Assembly: GCA_016748015.1 (NCBI GenBank)
Contig: JAAOMT010000586.1
Coordinates: 476,293-540,292 of the forward strand
DNA length: 64,000 bases
Origin: Geosiphon pyriformis uo1
Lineage: Eukaryota; Fungi; Glomeromycota
Reading direction: 5' to 3'
The translations under genes and the position numbers were made by a program. Within the stretch, counting starts at the first letter, position 1, and each line of letters starts with the position of its first letter. Positions 61,101-64,000 of this stretch are shown piece after piece. Under the pieces are notes generated by a model. The model was not told where the DNA came from, did no database searches, and saw nothing but the letters and a program-made list of their open reading frames with translations.

Positions 61101-63730
61101 CATTAATTAATGGAGCTACCAAAGAAGATGTTCATCAAATGAAGGAAGCAGAATATATTGAATACACTATAAAATTAGCTGGATTTGATTACGAAGATGA
61201 AGTAGAAGTCTACCACCAAATTGCAAGTCACACCTACCCGACTCAAGAAGCTCAAATTCAACGATTAGAGCAAATAAACATTAGGCTATGTGAAGAATGC
61301 ATTATGCCTTGCGATGAACAATGGTGTCCCAAATGCTATGCTCTTAGTATCCCCTTGCCCAGCGAAAATGATGAGAATGAAATTGAATTTGGAAAACCTG
61401 AAGAAACAGAAGAAATTGAAACAACACCTATTTACCTTATCAAAAATCAGCCTGCCTTACAACTTAAATACTTCAACAACAACGGACAAGGAATAAAACC
61501 TGAAAAAGCACACGAAATTGATGCTGAATATGACCTAAGATATCTAGGCAAGGATACTTTTGTTCTCAAACCCAAATCTCTCACAAAAATCAACCTCAAA
61601 ATTGCACTCGAAATCCTGTCAGGAGCAATGGTTCAAATCGCCTTTCGGTCCTCTCTGACAAGCAAAGGAATTAATGTCAGAAGAGGAATAATTGATGCTG
61701 GATATACTGGAAACATAACAGTAATGCTTCAAAATAAGACTAACAAACCATTTAAGATCGAACATACTGAAAAAATTGCCCAAGCTATTTACCTACCCTT
61801 AATCAACATTTCAGGTTTGCAACTAGTCAATCAAAGAGAACAATTAGGAAAAAGCGATAAAGGAACCCAAGGTTTTGGTTCAACTGGACAATTCACAGTT
61901 CCAGTTAATATAGCTCTTAACACACAGAACGAATCCCACCAGATTTTCAGACTTCCACAACCGATTACCATCTCACCCTTTGGAGAACATCCAGAAATTT
62001 ACACTTGCACAAAGCCAACAACCACACAACAAATTTTTGAGTCCAATGAACAAGTCTGCTTGAAACATAATATTTTGATCCCAAACATTTATATTCCAGA
62101 AGGAACAAAGAAAGTCCGAGTTATTTTTTACAATCCCAATAATTACCCCATAATTTTATTAAATAATTTAGAAATTAGAGTTATTCACAGTAATATATTT
62201 CAACAAGAATTACCCCAAACAGTCCCCGATTTCTCTGAAATTATTGGACATTCACTACTGAAAATCAACCCAAACCCTAGCTCTGAAAACTACCATGTTG
62301 TCATGGAAAAACTATCTTGAATCAACATGGGACAACTTGAACTACAACAACAGACCCAGCTCAAAGAACTAATTGCAGAATTTGCTGATATCTTTGCCAA
62401 AAACAACAATGACTTAAGAAGAACTGATTTGGTTCAACACCAAATCTATACAGGAGATGCCAAACCCAGGTGACAACAAGCCTACCAAGTTGCTCTAGAA
62501 AGTCACCAATTTATCCAAGAAGAAATACAATAGATGCTTAACAATGGGCTTATTCAACCATCAATGAGCCCATGGACCTCACCTGTGGTTCTAGTTAAAA
62601 AAAAAAATGGAAAGATATGATTTTGTGTTGATTACCGACAACTCAACAGTGTTACCATTGGGGATGCCTACCCTCTTCCCTGAATTGATGACATGTTGGA
62701 TGCCCTTGGAAAGTCCAAATACTTTTCAACATTAGATTTAGAGAGTGAATACTGGCAAGTTGCTATGGATCCCAAAGACCGCCCCAAAACAGCATTCACC
62801 ACTCAAGAAGGAAATTACGAGTTCAATGTAATACCTTTCGGATTATGCAATGCACCAGCAACATTCCAAAGACTCATGGATGTTGTTTACAAAGGCCTCC
62901 TTTGGAAATCAGTAGTAGTTTATCTTGATAACACTGATGTTTATTCACCATCTTTCAAGCTACATTTAATTCACCTGCGAGAAGTTTTTCAATGATTACG
63001 GAAAGCAGGATTGAAACTGAACATTGAAAAATGCTACTTCGAAAAGACAAGTTTAGCTTTTCTTGGTTACATTGTTAGCAAAGATGGAATTAAACCAGAC
63101 CCCAGAAAAATCAGTACTGTCAAAAACTTCAAGACTCCATGAAATACCACAGAATTAAGAAGATTTATTGGATTAGTATCCTATTACCAAAAATTCATCA
63201 AAGGATTCTCAGAAATTGCAAAACCCCTCAACCAGCTCACTACGAAAAATGTCGAATACAAATGGACAAAAGAACACCAAAATGCCTTCGAGATACTCAA
63301 AGAAAAACTCACAACAGCCCCAATCCTCGCCTACCCAGACTTCAGCAACTGATTTCAGTTAGCAACTAATGCTTCTTATACTGCCTTTAGTGCCATTCTA
63401 TTACAGTTAGATGACAATGGAAATGAGCGAGTAATTGCTTATGCTAGTAGAACATTAAAGCCAGCCGAAAAGAACTATCCTGCAACAGAATTAGAAACCA
63501 CAGCAGTAATCTGGGCCTTACATCACTTCAACCTTTACCTCAGATCCAAAGAATTCAATATTATCACTGATAATATTGGACTTAAATGGCTTCAAAACAA
63601 AAACACCCAGCTGAACGCAAAACAAACCCGATGGACAGAATTTTTAGCTAATTACTGATACATCGTATACCACAAACCAGGAAAACTCCACACCAACGTT
63701 AATTGTCTCTCAAGGATGAGGCAAGATTAG
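58112..63730 (+). pseudogene. Family A gag-pol polyprotein without integrase; single frame broken by transition-type stops
   Basis: ORFs 58112-59611, 59930-60679, 60893-62320 and 62693-62995 share one frame; the TAA at 59609 is CAA in copy A1. Confidence 0.9.
61460..61890 (+). pseudogene. dUTPase domain in family A pol
   Basis: AHEIDAEYDL, RSSLTSKG, GIIDAGYTG, EKIAQAI, KGTQGFGSTG. Confidence 0.93.
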
Positions 63731-63778
63731 AAACCAAACCAACACCCAATTGAATTAACAGCATCAAAACAACAAACA

Positions 63779-64000
63779 ATGAACTCCAAAAACTACAACA
63801 ATCTCAAACAATATTTGGAGACATTAACAATCCCAACAGATTGGTCCCCAGATGAAAAACATCGGTTACAACAACAAGCCAAACAATATTTTCTACACAA
63901 CAATATTATCTATCATCGAAATTTCAAAAACCCAACCAAACCACTCAGATTAATACAAGAACCAGAAAAAGAGACCATTTTATACAACATGCACTCGGAT
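63779..64000 (+). CDS. Family A integrase N-terminus (partial)
   Basis: MNSKNYNNLKQYL...PLRLIQEPEKETILYNMHSD aligns with family B 10501-10720. Confidence 0.8.
   Translation, partial: MNSKNYNNLKQYLETLTIPTDWSPDEKHRLQQQAKQYFLHNNIIYHRNFKNPTKPLRLIQEPEKETILYNMHSD

Larger units (their letters stand above)
57091..64000 (+). mobile_element. Ty3/gypsy family A, copy A3: 5' LTR, PBS, gag-PR-Cys-dUTPase-RT-RH and start of integrase; runs off the right edge
   Basis: Gag 58112-59611 with CCHC CHYCGISGHWKRDC; protease LILDSGS; dUTPase; RT PFGLCNAPATFQRLM and YLDN; RNase H VIAYASRTLKPAEKNY; integrase N-terminus ETILYNMHSD. Confidence 0.95.

Overview
Eukaryotic, AT-rich fungal genomic DNA with short GT-AG introns and two N gaps. 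The gene and transposon repertoire fits an early-diverging Mucoromycota/Glomeromycotina fungus; a Geosiphon-like host is an inference only. Two nested transposon stacks (1-~23000 and ~44450-64000) flank a CpG-retaining gene island (23670-44226). The island holds seven spliced genes: a divergent EAF3/MRG chromo-barrel gene, TIM54, a Crinkler-like PD-(D/E)xK nuclease-domain gene, a TRIR/C19orf43-like gene, CHS5, an SGNH hydrolase and the CAF16 ABC ATPase. The stacks contain two related Ty3/gypsy families (A and B) with TGTTAC...GTAACA LTRs and 4-bp TSDs, an internally deleted derivative, several solo LTRs and four LINE copies (RRM/CCHC ORF1; APE-RT-RNase H ORF2). The gypsy elements have an unusual layout: gag, protease, a Cys-rich domain, dUTPase, RT and RNase H, then a stop shared by both families, then a separate integrase ORF, and (in family B) two more stop/start-coupled ORFs before the PPT. 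All repeats carry dense C>T/G>A changes on both strands, including non-CpG sites and parallel hits at the same motifs in different families, grading into almost pure A/T DNA. This looks like a RIP-like genome defence. Boundaries were read by eye and may be off by a few nucleotides.
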